Part shown: positions 56,362 through 64,000 of the stretch, one piece after another
Layout: every line of letters starts with the position of its first letter
How positions within the stretch are numbered: the stretch's first letter is position 1
IMG/VR virus record: IMGVR_UViG_3300030118_003994
Length of the DNA: 64,000 bases
From: an uncultured virus (IMG/VR IMGVR_UViG_3300030118_003994)
Taxonomy: Duplodnaviria; Heunggongvirae; Uroviricota; Caudoviricetes; Crassvirales
Strand: one strand, 5' to 3'
Notes under the pieces: model-generated
What the model was told of the DNA's origin: nothing
Database searches by the model: none
What the model saw: only the letters and a program-made list of their open reading frames with translations
Position numbers and translations under genes: made by a program

Positions 56362-58647
56362 TTATTTTATTTTTGTTCTAACCAAGTCAGAATCATCTTG
56401 AGATAAAGATATATGCTCGCTTTTTATATTACCCTGATATTCTAACTCTAATAATTTTCTTTTATGCTCTGCTTGAGCAAAGTTTTCTTTCATTTCAAAC
56501 TCTGCTTTCATTTTTTCAATTTCAGCCTGAATATCCATTTGTTTAGCTTGAGCCTCTACTTGTGCTTTTGCTTGTATAGACATTTGTTGTTGTTGAGCAT
56601 TAGCTTGAGAGTTGGCTAAAGCCATTTCTTTTAATTCTTTTTGATATTGTTTTCTTCTTAAAACTAACATTTGATTAGCAAGCTTTATATTTTTAATATT
56701 TCTAATCATTATAGAATCTTCAATTCTTAATTCTTTTTGCTGAATAGAAGCTTGTATATTTTGTTCTAAAAGAGCTTTTTCTTCTTCATCCGGCAAAGGC
56801 TCAATCATAATACCAAAATCTGCTAAAGTAACATCTTTTGTAACTTCTATTGCCTTCATGTTATATTCTCCAATAGCTTGAACATAACCTTTATACGGCC
56901 CAGAGTAAGAAACTAAATCTTGAACTCTTAAAGCAACGCTTTTAGCTAGTTTTTTTGTAATGCTTAAAAAAGCTTGATTTAACCATCTTGTCGCATTGTT
57001 AGAAGCTAATAAAGCCATTTTTTGAACACCAACTAAAGATTCTTTATTAGGCTGCGAAGCATCTCTTACTTCATTTATACCGGTTACATCTCTTATCATT
57101 TGTAAATTGTATTGGTATATAGCTATTAACTCTTGCAAAGCTCCTCCTATACCTCCTCTTAATTCTGTAATCGGATTCGGGTTTCCAGCTCTACCGTCAT
57201 CCATTTGTAGCCTGTAGTAAAGATTACCAGTTTGTTGGTAAATATCTTGAACTTCAATAGGAGTAAAAGTACCACCATCTCCTTTTCCTACATTTTCAAT
57301 AGCTCCTAACTCTATAGCAGAACCTTGGGGTTTTACTTTGGAAATTAAGTGTTGTATTTTTAAATGTGCTAATTGTATTTGGTCTGCAAAAGGTATCATT
57401 CTTTCTACCATACCTTTATTATTCATATTAATTATATTAGGAGCGTAAACAGCGTAAGGCATTAATGCTTTTGAAAGATTACTTTTAGGTCTTACTATAT
57501 TTTCTGCTATACCATAGTCAAATATAAAATCGGTTCCACATATCCATTTTCCTTTATAAATCATTTCTACATGAGATTTCATTTGTTCTCTTTTGTATCT
57601 AGGACTTTTAGGAGGCTTGTAGTTTGAGTCTTTTTTGTTTACAGAAAAACCACCATATCTATTATTCTTTTTTTCATAGTTCATTGAGTCTGTGCACTTA
57701 AAAACACCATCAAGTAATGCTAACTTGTATGTATCGTATTCACTTACTTCATACCCATTATAATTAATAGAACTTAAAGATAATTTTGCAGGATTTCCGT
57801 GCTTACCTAAAACTGATAAAGCTATTTTTTCATACTCTTCTTCGGTAAACTGGTCTCCTGCCATTCTTTTTAAATCATGAATAGTAACATATATTATTTC
57901 TCCAGCATACTCCATGTTTTTAAAGTCTGGGTCGGAAGAATGAGAACAAACAAAGTTTTTAGGGTCTACATATCTAACTGTTATTTTACCATTTTCAACA
58001 CCTGTTTTTGCAACACCTATATTTAAAACAACTAAATCACGAATAATTCTTTTTTTAATTTCTTCAAAATCATTTAAATACATGGTAAGTTCTATGCCCT
58101 GTTCCATTGCTATTTCTACAGATTGTTTGTAGTTAAGCTCCATATACAAATCTAATTCTTCCTTGTTTTCTGGTAAATTATCAAAACCTTCATCTAAAGG
58201 CAATCCTGTTAAAGCTGCTGCCTCATATGCAAAGTCTTTCATTCTCATCTTTGTTAAAGCATCAAACTTATCTTGATTTTTCTTATCTACAGAGGTAGGG
58301 TCTATAGCAGTACACTTTATAGTATAATCTTGATTTGTAAGACCTCCAACTATAACGTCTACAAATTTTGGTATAATAGGCACTACTTCCCAGTTTAAAT
58401 TAAGATAAGAGCTGTCTCCGTTTGCTCCTACTAGTTCTTTATATTGGTCAACAGACTGCATGCCTTCTGCATACTCTCTATATCTTTTATACCTTTGATT
58501 TCTCGTTGACATAAGGTTTACTCCGGCACCATCATTTTCCCATTCTCTATACATTTGTTTCATGTACTGAAGCCCATATGCTTTTTCCATTTTTTCCTCC
58601 CTAGTTGCTAGTGGATTTGGAAATCCATAAAAATCTTTATATTTCAT
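56362..58647 (-). CDS. Portal protein
   Basis: SYLNLNWEVVPIIPKFVDVIV, MIRDVTGINEVRD, Q-rich C-terminal coil; follows terminase. Confidence 0.88.
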   Translation of the reverse strand: MKYKDFYGFPNPLATREEKMEKAYGLQYMKQMYREWENDGAGVNLMSTRNQRYKRYREYAEGMQSVDQYKELVGANGDSSYLNLNWEVVPIIPKFVDVIVGGLTNQDYTIKCTAIDPTSVDKKNQDKFDALTKMRMKDFAYEAAALTGLPLDEGFDNLPENKEELDLYMELNYKQSVEIAMEQGIELTMYLNDFEEIKKRIIRDLVVLNIGVAKTGVENGKITVRYVDPKNFVCSHSSDPDFKNMEYAGEIIYVTIHDLKRMAGDQFTEEEYEKIALSVLGKHGNPAKLSLSSINYNGYEVSEYDTYKLALLDGVFKCTDSMNYEKKNNRYGGFSVNKKDSNYKPPKSPRYKREQMKSHVEMIYKGKWICGTDFIFDYGIAENIVRPKSNLSKALMPYAVYAPNIINMNNKGMVERMIPFADQIQLAHLKIQHLISKVKPQGSAIELGAIENVGKGDGGTFTPIEVQDIYQQTGNLYYRLQMDDGRAGNPNPITELRGGIGGALQELIAIYQYNLQMIRDVTGINEVRDASQPNKESLVGVQKMALLASNNATRWLNQAFLSITKKLAKSVALRVQDLVSYSGPYKGYVQAIGEYNMKAIEVTKDVTLADFGIMIEPLPDEEEKALLEQNIQASIQQKELRIEDSIMIRNIKNIKLANQMLVLRRKQYQKELKEMALANSQANAQQQQMSIQAKAQVEAQAKQMDIQAEIEKMKAEFEMKENFAQAEHKRKLLELEYQGNIKSEHISLSQDDSDLVRTKIK

Positions 58648-60680
58648 TATTTTATTAATTTAGATATTTTACCACTGTTGCTATACCTTCTAACAAAAGG
58701 GCTTGTTGTTTTAATTTCTATTTTTGGTTTTATATGTTTTTGAGATGCAAGCAATGTAAATCCAGCAGCCATTGTTGCGTCAAATTTAGTTCTATTATTT
58801 ATATCAAACTCTAACCAGTCTTTTAGTAGTCTTACAAAAAATACTCTTCCTATATCTCCTGTTTCTTCATTTACACCTACATAGTCATATATGTAAGCTT
58901 GTATAGAATCTACTATAGCATTTGCAACAGCTGTCCCAGTAGCAGGTATACCTACTTCTTTTTGTTTTTTAGAAAACTTAGTATGTGTTGATTCTGGTCT
59001 TGCCATTAAATATTTTTCGTATCCTCTTCTTTTAAAATATTGTATTAATCCTATTTTATTATTCTCTACAAGTATTGGGCATCCATAATAAACACACTGC
59101 ATAAGCATATGTTCAAAAAACATTTCTGCTTTTGGAGGCCTGTGTATATATTCGCAAACAAACATATGAGAATTATCTTGGTCGTGAACATCTAGTTTTT
59201 TAAAAACATATGATGCTGCATCAGACCTTCTTCCATCTGTTGTTGTATCGTGGTCAAAAGGGTCACATCCAGAAACTAAACTTAATTCATTACCAGGATA
59301 TTTTCCTGATAATTTTACTTCCATTTTATTACTATCTTCTTTTTTTGGAAGCCAAGCTGTATTCCAATTTCCTTTTTTATCTGGCATCCATATTACCTCT
59401 GTATCTTTATCCCCGTTTTTCCATAAAAAATTACCCCTTGTAGTCATAACATTTCCAGTTCCTTCTATATAATCTATTTGTTGATATATTCTTTCTGAAT
59501 CAAACAAACAATCGTCTGTACTAACCCTAAACGCTTCTTCTGGAGTAAAAGGAAATTGTCTTTTATATTCCGCAAGTTTATTTGTATCATTTTTATAGCT
59601 TTGCCGTATGCCTTCTAAATACTGTTTACTTCCTATTTCAATTTTTTCTCCATACTTGTCGTAAATAGTTTTTTTAGGATTTTCTATAACACTATTTCCG
59701 TATTCATCTATAAACCCTTCAAACCCATCATAAGCTGGAGTAAAGTATCTAAACAAACCAGATTTTGTTCTATTAATACCAGGAACTATATTTTCTTGGT
59801 CTGAATCATCCCATATATCCTTAAAAGCTTTACCTCCTGATTCCATTTCATTTACTGTTGATGGTAAAAATGCTTTACCTATAATTCTTATACCTTCAGA
59901 TAATGCAGGTTTTACTATTTGCCAGTTTTTTGAAACATCAGCTTCTAACCATTTACCACCCTCATCAGATATAAAAGTTTTTAATTTTTCTCCATCATAA
60001 GAGTTATCTCTAGTATTACGCCAGTCTATTTGACTATCTAAAGCTTCTGACTTTTTTACTTTAGCATTATTTTTAGTAATTTTTTCTCCAGGTTTTTTAA
60101 AAGACAAAACCGTTTTTGGAGAGTCTGTACCTTCAATAATAGGCTGAAAAAAGTCTGGTAACTTTCTAAACATAAACACAACCTTGTCAAAGAGCTTTTT
60201 TGCGTCAGAACCCGTTTTACTCATAATTCCACCATTAGAATTATAGGATAAAGTTATATCGTGCATAACAATTGCTGCTGCTTTCCAAGAAGCTCCTTGT
60301 CTTCTATGTTTTGGCATAATTAAACCGTAACAATTAGGGTTGTTTCTAACGCCATCCCATATCAAAAAAAACCTCCTATCTCTATCCCAGTAATCTGGAT
60401 AACCAACATCTATTTTACACCAATTTAAATAGTAGTAGTGAACTCCTGTTATGTAGGTTGCCACACCATTATTCATAAACCAAACACCTTCAACTCTTCT
60501 TTTAAACTCTTGCTCTATAAACTTTGCTCTTTTAGATTCTGGTAAAATTTCCCAGTTTTCTGGAAGCTTAGTTCTTTCCCACTTTTGTTTCTTTTTTGGT
60601 TTGTTAGAACCTAAAATAAAACGCTTAGAAGGTTTTTTTGGAATACTAATTGGTATACCATAAATTTCTTTACTTGACAT
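58647..60680 (-). CDS. terL: Terminase large subunit
   Basis: KHRRQGASW (Walker A-like), SDEGGKW (Walker B), STVN, RQFP.T.EEAF, GCDPFD nuclease, ENNK. Confidence 0.9.
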   Translation of the reverse strand: MSSKEIYGIPISIPKKPSKRFILGSNKPKKKQKWERTKLPENWEILPESKRAKFIEQEFKRRVEGVWFMNNGVATYITGVHYYYLNWCKIDVGYPDYWDRDRRFFLIWDGVRNNPNCYGLIMPKHRRQGASWKAAAIVMHDITLSYNSNGGIMSKTGSDAKKLFDKVVFMFRKLPDFFQPIIEGTDSPKTVLSFKKPGEKITKNNAKVKKSEALDSQIDWRNTRDNSYDGEKLKTFISDEGGKWLEADVSKNWQIVKPALSEGIRIIGKAFLPSTVNEMESGGKAFKDIWDDSDQENIVPGINRTKSGLFRYFTPAYDGFEGFIDEYGNSVIENPKKTIYDKYGEKIEIGSKQYLEGIRQSYKNDTNKLAEYKRQFPFTPEEAFRVSTDDCLFDSERIYQQIDYIEGTGNVMTTRGNFLWKNGDKDTEVIWMPDKKGNWNTAWLPKKEDSNKMEVKLSGKYPGNELSLVSGCDPFDHDTTTDGRRSDAASYVFKKLDVHDQDNSHMFVCEYIHRPPKAEMFFEHMLMQCVYYGCPILVENNKIGLIQYFKRRGYEKYLMARPESTHTKFSKKQKEVGIPATGTAVANAIVDSIQAYIYDYVGVNEETGDIGRVFFVRLLKDWLEFDINNRTKFDATMAAGFTLLASQKHIKPKIEIKTTSPFVRRYSNSGKISKLIK

Positions 60681-60684
60681 AAGA

Positions 60685-60732
60685 CAAATATACGAATAAA
60701 TTTGGATATATACAATAGTTTAACTATATTTG
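60685..60732. promoter_or_regulatory. Divergent promoter pair (TATATTTG - strand 60685-60692; + strand 60725-60732)
   Basis: Two exact TATATTTG in the 92-bp gap between divergent genes. Confidence 0.75.
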
Positions 60733-60772
60733 CATTTACAATCAATCTATTTATTAACAAAAAATTAAAAAA

Positions 60773-61762
60773 ATGGCAAATTTTATTTCAGTACCTGTAA
60801 AAAAGTTTGGAAACGAGGATTTTAGTAATCCTGGTGACGGAACTACTGGGTACAACACAATGGGTATAGATGTAAATAAAATCATCTATGCTTTTGACAC
60901 AGAAACTAATTTAGGAAAAGCAGTTTCAGCTCAAACAGATTCTGGAGACACTATTACTATTACTGGTCATGGGTTACAAGTAAACGATGCTATATATTTT
61001 GATGCAGAATGTGAAGCTACAACTGTTCTTGCAAACAGAGTATATTTCGTTAAAACTGTTCCAACAGCTGATACTATTACTGTTTCAGATACTTTAGGGG
61101 GAAGCGTGCAAAATATTGCTGCTGACGGAACTTCTGATACTCCTAATGTTTTTAAAATTGAAGGTCAAATTATTTATGCTGACACAACTAACAATGGAAG
61201 ACCTGTTGATGTTATTGTAAACAGAGGTCTTATCAGACAAAATCATGCAGGGGATACGGTTCAAGCATTATCTCAAAACTTATTAATTGTAGACTGCAAT
61301 GAAAAAAATGGAATAGCTTATTCTGGAACTGATAGCAACATGATTATAAACACTCACAGAGTTATGTTGTCTTATGATGGCGGTAGTGATGACTGGAAAA
61401 CTTTTTATGATGCTTCTAACACAAACATGGCAGGATTAGATTCTCCTTTCGTTGATGTTTTAGAGTTAGAAACTTCTTTAAATTCTGCAGGAACTCTAGC
61501 TAAATTTATTAATCACATTGGTGCATTAGGAGGTCCTGAAAATTTTGAAAGTTTAACAGTAAATGGTAGAACTGTTAGTTTTCCAGATGTATCGGCTTCT
61601 GGTATAGTAAGACTAACTTGTGTAGCAAGTGCATATGAGTCTGAGTCTAAAACTTACTTAAAAATAAAAGGAATGGGTAAAAATAGCTGGGATACTTTAG
61701 TTATAAACACTACTCTTTCAAATGTAGTAGGTTCAACAGACGCAACAAATATTGTAGAATAA
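60773..61762 (+). CDS. Putative virion protein with FCCH-like insert
   Basis: ITITGHGLQVNDAIYF...VYFVKTV..DTITVSDTLGG. Confidence 0.6.
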   Translation: MANFISVPVKKFGNEDFSNPGDGTTGYNTMGIDVNKIIYAFDTETNLGKAVSAQTDSGDTITITGHGLQVNDAIYFDAECEATTVLANRVYFVKTVPTADTITVSDTLGGSVQNIAADGTSDTPNVFKIEGQIIYADTTNNGRPVDVIVNRGLIRQNHAGDTVQALSQNLLIVDCNEKNGIAYSGTDSNMIINTHRVMLSYDGGSDDWKTFYDASNTNMAGLDSPFVDVLELETSLNSAGTLAKFINHIGALGGPENFESLTVNGRTVSFPDVSASGIVRLTCVASAYESESKTYLKIKGMGKNSWDTLVINTTLSNVVGSTDATNIVE

Positions 61763-61787
61763 TCATTAACTTTAAAAATTTAAAAAC

Positions 61788-62150
61788 ATGGCAACATTAA
61801 AACCAACATTAACATTAACAAATGCAGATTCTACTGCTGATGCTTTAAATATTTCAGTTACTGATACCTTAACAGTCTCAGAGCCTGCTGTAAATATAGC
61901 TAGAGCTTCAATAGCAACTTCTGCTGCAACTAATATTTTAACTACAGCCAACTCAGCTATTACTTATGTTTATTTAAAAAATATAGACACTACAAATATC
62001 ATTACAGTAAAAAATGATAATGGTGATAATTTTTTAGATTTAGGTCCTGGTGAGTTTTCTTTCTTTCCTGTAAAGGGAGCGATTGGATTAGAGGTTCAAG
62101 CTAACACTGCTGCTTGTGTGTTAGAATACGGATACTGGTCTAAGTCGTAG
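61788..62150 (+). CDS. Putative small virion (decoration-like) protein
   Basis: YVYLKN...LGPGEFSFFP...LEYG, T/A-rich. Confidence 0.6.
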   Translation: MATLKPTLTLTNADSTADALNISVTDTLTVSEPAVNIARASIATSAATNILTTANSAITYVYLKNIDTTNIITVKNDNGDNFLDLGPGEFSFFPVKGAIGLEVQANTAACVLEYGYWSKS

Positions 62151-62162
62151 TATTTATGTATT

Positions 62163-62192
62163 AAAAAAGAAAGGGGCGTAAGCCCCTTTTTT
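62163..62192. terminator. Bidirectional intrinsic terminator
   Basis: AAAGGGGC-GTAA-GCCCCTTT flanked by A and T runs between convergent genes. Confidence 0.85.
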
Positions 62193-62457
62193 ATTTTTTA
62201 TACAATTTTTTAGCCTCTACTAAATCTTGGCACTTTTCGTATTCTTCTGTACTTATAAAATATTCTATTAAAACATCTATTAATTCTATAGGGTCTGCTT
62301 GCTCCATGTTATCAGGATTAAATATAAGACCAAAGTCTTCGTCTTGCTCAAACAAACCGTCTATAGTTATTTGTTGAGTTAACACCATGTAAGACCAAAA
62401 CATAGAGTTGTGTATTATTTCTTCTTGTTTTTGCATTTCAGCTATTTCTTCTATCAT
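62191..62457 (-). CDS. Acidic protein with UVR-like motif
   Basis: YFISTEEYEKCQDL. Confidence 0.6.
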   Translation of the reverse strand: MIEEIAEMQKQEEIIHNSMFWSYMVLTQQITIDGLFEQDEDFGLIFNPDNMEQADPIELIDVLIEYFISTEEYEKCQDLVEAKKLYKK

Positions 62458-62765
62458 TTTTTTCTTGCGTATCTTTCGGAGAAACCTCCTTTAAAATTAT
62501 TGTTTTCTATTTCCTCTTCTTGATTCTGGCCTTTTATTTTTTTCTCTAAAGATACTAATGCTGCTAGCATTTCTTGAGCATCCATAAAAGCTTTCTTTTT
62601 TGATTCTAATGCTGACTTTCTTTTTTCGTCAGCCACATCATCTGCTATTGGTCTTCTTACATCTGCAATTAAAGTAGATATACCATCTTTAGCTGCACTT
62701 AACAAGTCCTGTAATGTTTCCTCAACATATACTTGTACATCGCTTTTTTCTAGTTTATCTTGCAT
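62454..62765 (-). CDS. Possible terminase small subunit
   Basis: Helical, SKKKAFMDA...FKGGFSERYARK; near terL. Confidence 0.5.
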   Translation of the reverse strand: MQDKLEKSDVQVYVEETLQDLLSAAKDGISTLIADVRRPIADDVADEKRKSALESKKKAFMDAQEMLAALVSLEKKIKGQNQEEEIENNNFKGGFSERYARKK

Positions 62766-63322
62766 AGTATTTCATTGTTTTTCATTCTAAACAATCTTTC
62801 TCCTTCAATAACCATATCGTAGTTTGCATTTTTAATAAAAACTATTTCATCTCCTACACCAAAGCCTTCTTGTTTTGAAAACTTATTAGTATGAGCTACT
62901 ATACCTTTTTTTGTAGACTCTTTTGATTCTACATATATGTTTTTTATTTTATCTTCTGTTTGTATAGGCTTTACAAAAACATAATCTTGAGTCATTGTTA
63001 TTTTACCATCTCTAACATAACAATATATTTGGTCGTAGTGAACTTTATATATATTTTCTCCACCAAACTGACTAGCCATTCTTTCATCTATTACATGATG
63101 ATGAAAATAAACTTTATCTCCTTCTAGCAAAGTTAAATTATCCTTTACTCTTTTGTTTATATTTATAGATGACATTTTTACAATTCCGTATTGTCTAGCA
63201 TTTACATATCTATCATAAGAAGTGTCTAACCATATTTTTTCTCCATTGTCTAAAACAACAGTGTTTTCTTCTTCTTTTTCTAACTCTACATATACAAAAT
63301 CTCCTATTGGTATTATTTTCAT
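62750..63322 (-). CDS. GroES/Cpn10-like co-chaperonin with two tandem domains
   Basis: IIPIGDFVYVE...GIV...GDKVYF then DYVFVKP...GIV...VGDEIVF...LFRMKNNEIL. Confidence 0.7.
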   Translation of the reverse strand: MKIIPIGDFVYVELEKEEENTVVLDNGEKIWLDTSYDRYVNARQYGIVKMSSININKRVKDNLTLLEGDKVYFHHHVIDERMASQFGGENIYKVHYDQIYCYVRDGKITMTQDYVFVKPIQTEDKIKNIYVESKESTKKGIVAHTNKFSKQEGFGVGDEIVFIKNANYDMVIEGERLFRMKNNEILCKIN

Positions 63323-63585
63323 ATTAATTGTGGTTCTAGTGATAAATCATATTCTGGCACACACTTGCTGGAGGGTATAGATTTCCACAATCTAACGTAG
63401 TTTTTTTTGTTAGGTATGACGTAGATGTTATATCTTCCCTCTCCGAAGTGTTCTGCATAAGCTGAGTCAAATGTTATGTCTACAACTTTTATTGCTCCAT
63501 TTGCAATAGTTTGTCCTTTTACATAAGTTATATCTCTGTCTCCAGCTGTTACTATTACTTTTCTTATTAATCCTTGTTCAATCAT
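63319..63585 (-). CDS. Hypothetical protein
   Basis: LIRKV...YVKGQ...LWK...EYDL; coupled to GroES-like gene. Confidence 0.65.
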   Translation of the reverse strand: MIEQGLIRKVIVTAGDRDITYVKGQTIANGAIKVVDITFDSAYAEHFGEGRYNIYVIPNKKNYVRLWKSIPSSKCVPEYDLSLEPQLI

Positions 63586-63586
63586 T

Positions 63587-63835
63587 TTACCATTTGTTTT
63601 TAGGACAAGACTCAGTCTTCATTCTTCCTTTATACTCTACTATACATCCGCAAACACCACAAGTTCCTTTGTCTCTTTTTAACAATTCACAAGAATTACA
63701 AATCAACATTCTTTTTTCAAAAATCTCTTCTGATACGTTAGGAAATCCTTCAGAAGCATATCTTATTAAAGACTTTGTTAAGCTCCAGCCTTTTCTTATT
63801 AAATTAGGTTCTTTATTGTTATTGTCCTTATCCAT
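63587..63835 (-). CDS. Cys-rich metal-binding protein (DUF6171-like)
   Basis: RMLICNSC...CGVCGC...CPKNKW. Confidence 0.7.
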   Translation of the reverse strand: MDKDNNNKEPNLIRKGWSLTKSLIRYASEGFPNVSEEIFEKRMLICNSCELLKRDKGTCGVCGCIVEYKGRMKTESCPKNKW

Positions 63836-63855
63836 ATTATTAAATTAAATTGTTT

Positions 63856-63916
63856 CAAATATAGTAATAAAAAACAATATAATACTATGATGTTAATAAA
63901 TTTTTTATTATATTTG
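63856..63916. promoter_or_regulatory. Divergent promoter pair (TATATTTG - strand 63856-63863; + strand 63909-63916)
   Basis: Exact motifs; TGTTAATAAA box at 63891-63900. Confidence 0.7.
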
Positions 63917-63946
63917 TATATTATTAACCAATAAAAAAATAAAATT

Positions 63947-64000
63947 ATGGCTTACGGAATGATGAAAAAAGGAAAGAAAAAAAAGAAAATGAAAAAAGGA
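63947..64000 (+). CDS. Start of small Lys-rich protein (MAYGMMKKGKKKKMKKG..., truncated by window)
   Basis: ATG after promoter; resembles basic genes at window start. Confidence 0.55.
   Translation, partial: MAYGMMKKGKKKKKMKKG

Larger units (their letters stand above)
1..64000. mobile_element. Tailed bacteriophage genome (podovirus-like, Bacteroidota host), near complete
   Basis: Terminase, portal, capsid, tail, primase-helicase and lysis genes; no host housekeeping genes; no integrase seen; Bacteroidota TAnnTTTG promoters. Confidence 0.95.

Noticed and set aside
1..64000. tRNA genes or stop-codon reassignment
   Set aside because: No tRNA cloverleaf noticed; long ORFs are intact in the standard code and TAA, TAG and TGA all act as stops

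Overview
AT-rich, gene-dense, apparently near-complete (circularly permuted) genome of a tailed dsDNA phage with podovirus-type morphogenesis genes. The host is very probably Bacteroidota, likely Flavobacteriales: about 13 TAnnTTTG promoters, A-rich SD-less translation starts, and T9SS-CTD and SprB-like modules. Layout: small basic genes (1-914); a ~0.9 kb non-coding probable terminus/origin; a + strand array of short early genes sharing a repeated TAACTAAAAACAAATAACTATG leader (1.9-9.1 kb); a recombination/replication block (Sak/Rad52-like annealase, RecE-like nuclease, DnaA-domain-IV protein, SSB, initiator, primase-helicase, resolvase, no DNA polymerase; 9.2-16.8 kb); and a long - strand late region (lysis genes, envelope cassette, ejection proteins, tail, capsid, portal, terminase, GroES-like). 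Highlights: (1) a type I hammerhead ribozyme with a ~78-nt insert at 3111-3248, plus three other long intergenic structured RNAs, one carrying a perfect Shine-Dalgarno and a 4-codon mini-ORF and another displaying an anti-SD loop; (2) a phage-encoded envelope cassette (beta-barrel, TM protein, redox-dead thioredoxin, Cys-rich peptide, T9SS cargo); (3) a DnaA-domain-IV protein with DnaA-box-like sites near promoters; (4) split/duplicated tail genes ending in Ser/Gly-rich ...GY tails; (5) apparent GATC avoidance. All family calls are from motif recognition by eye, not database searches.
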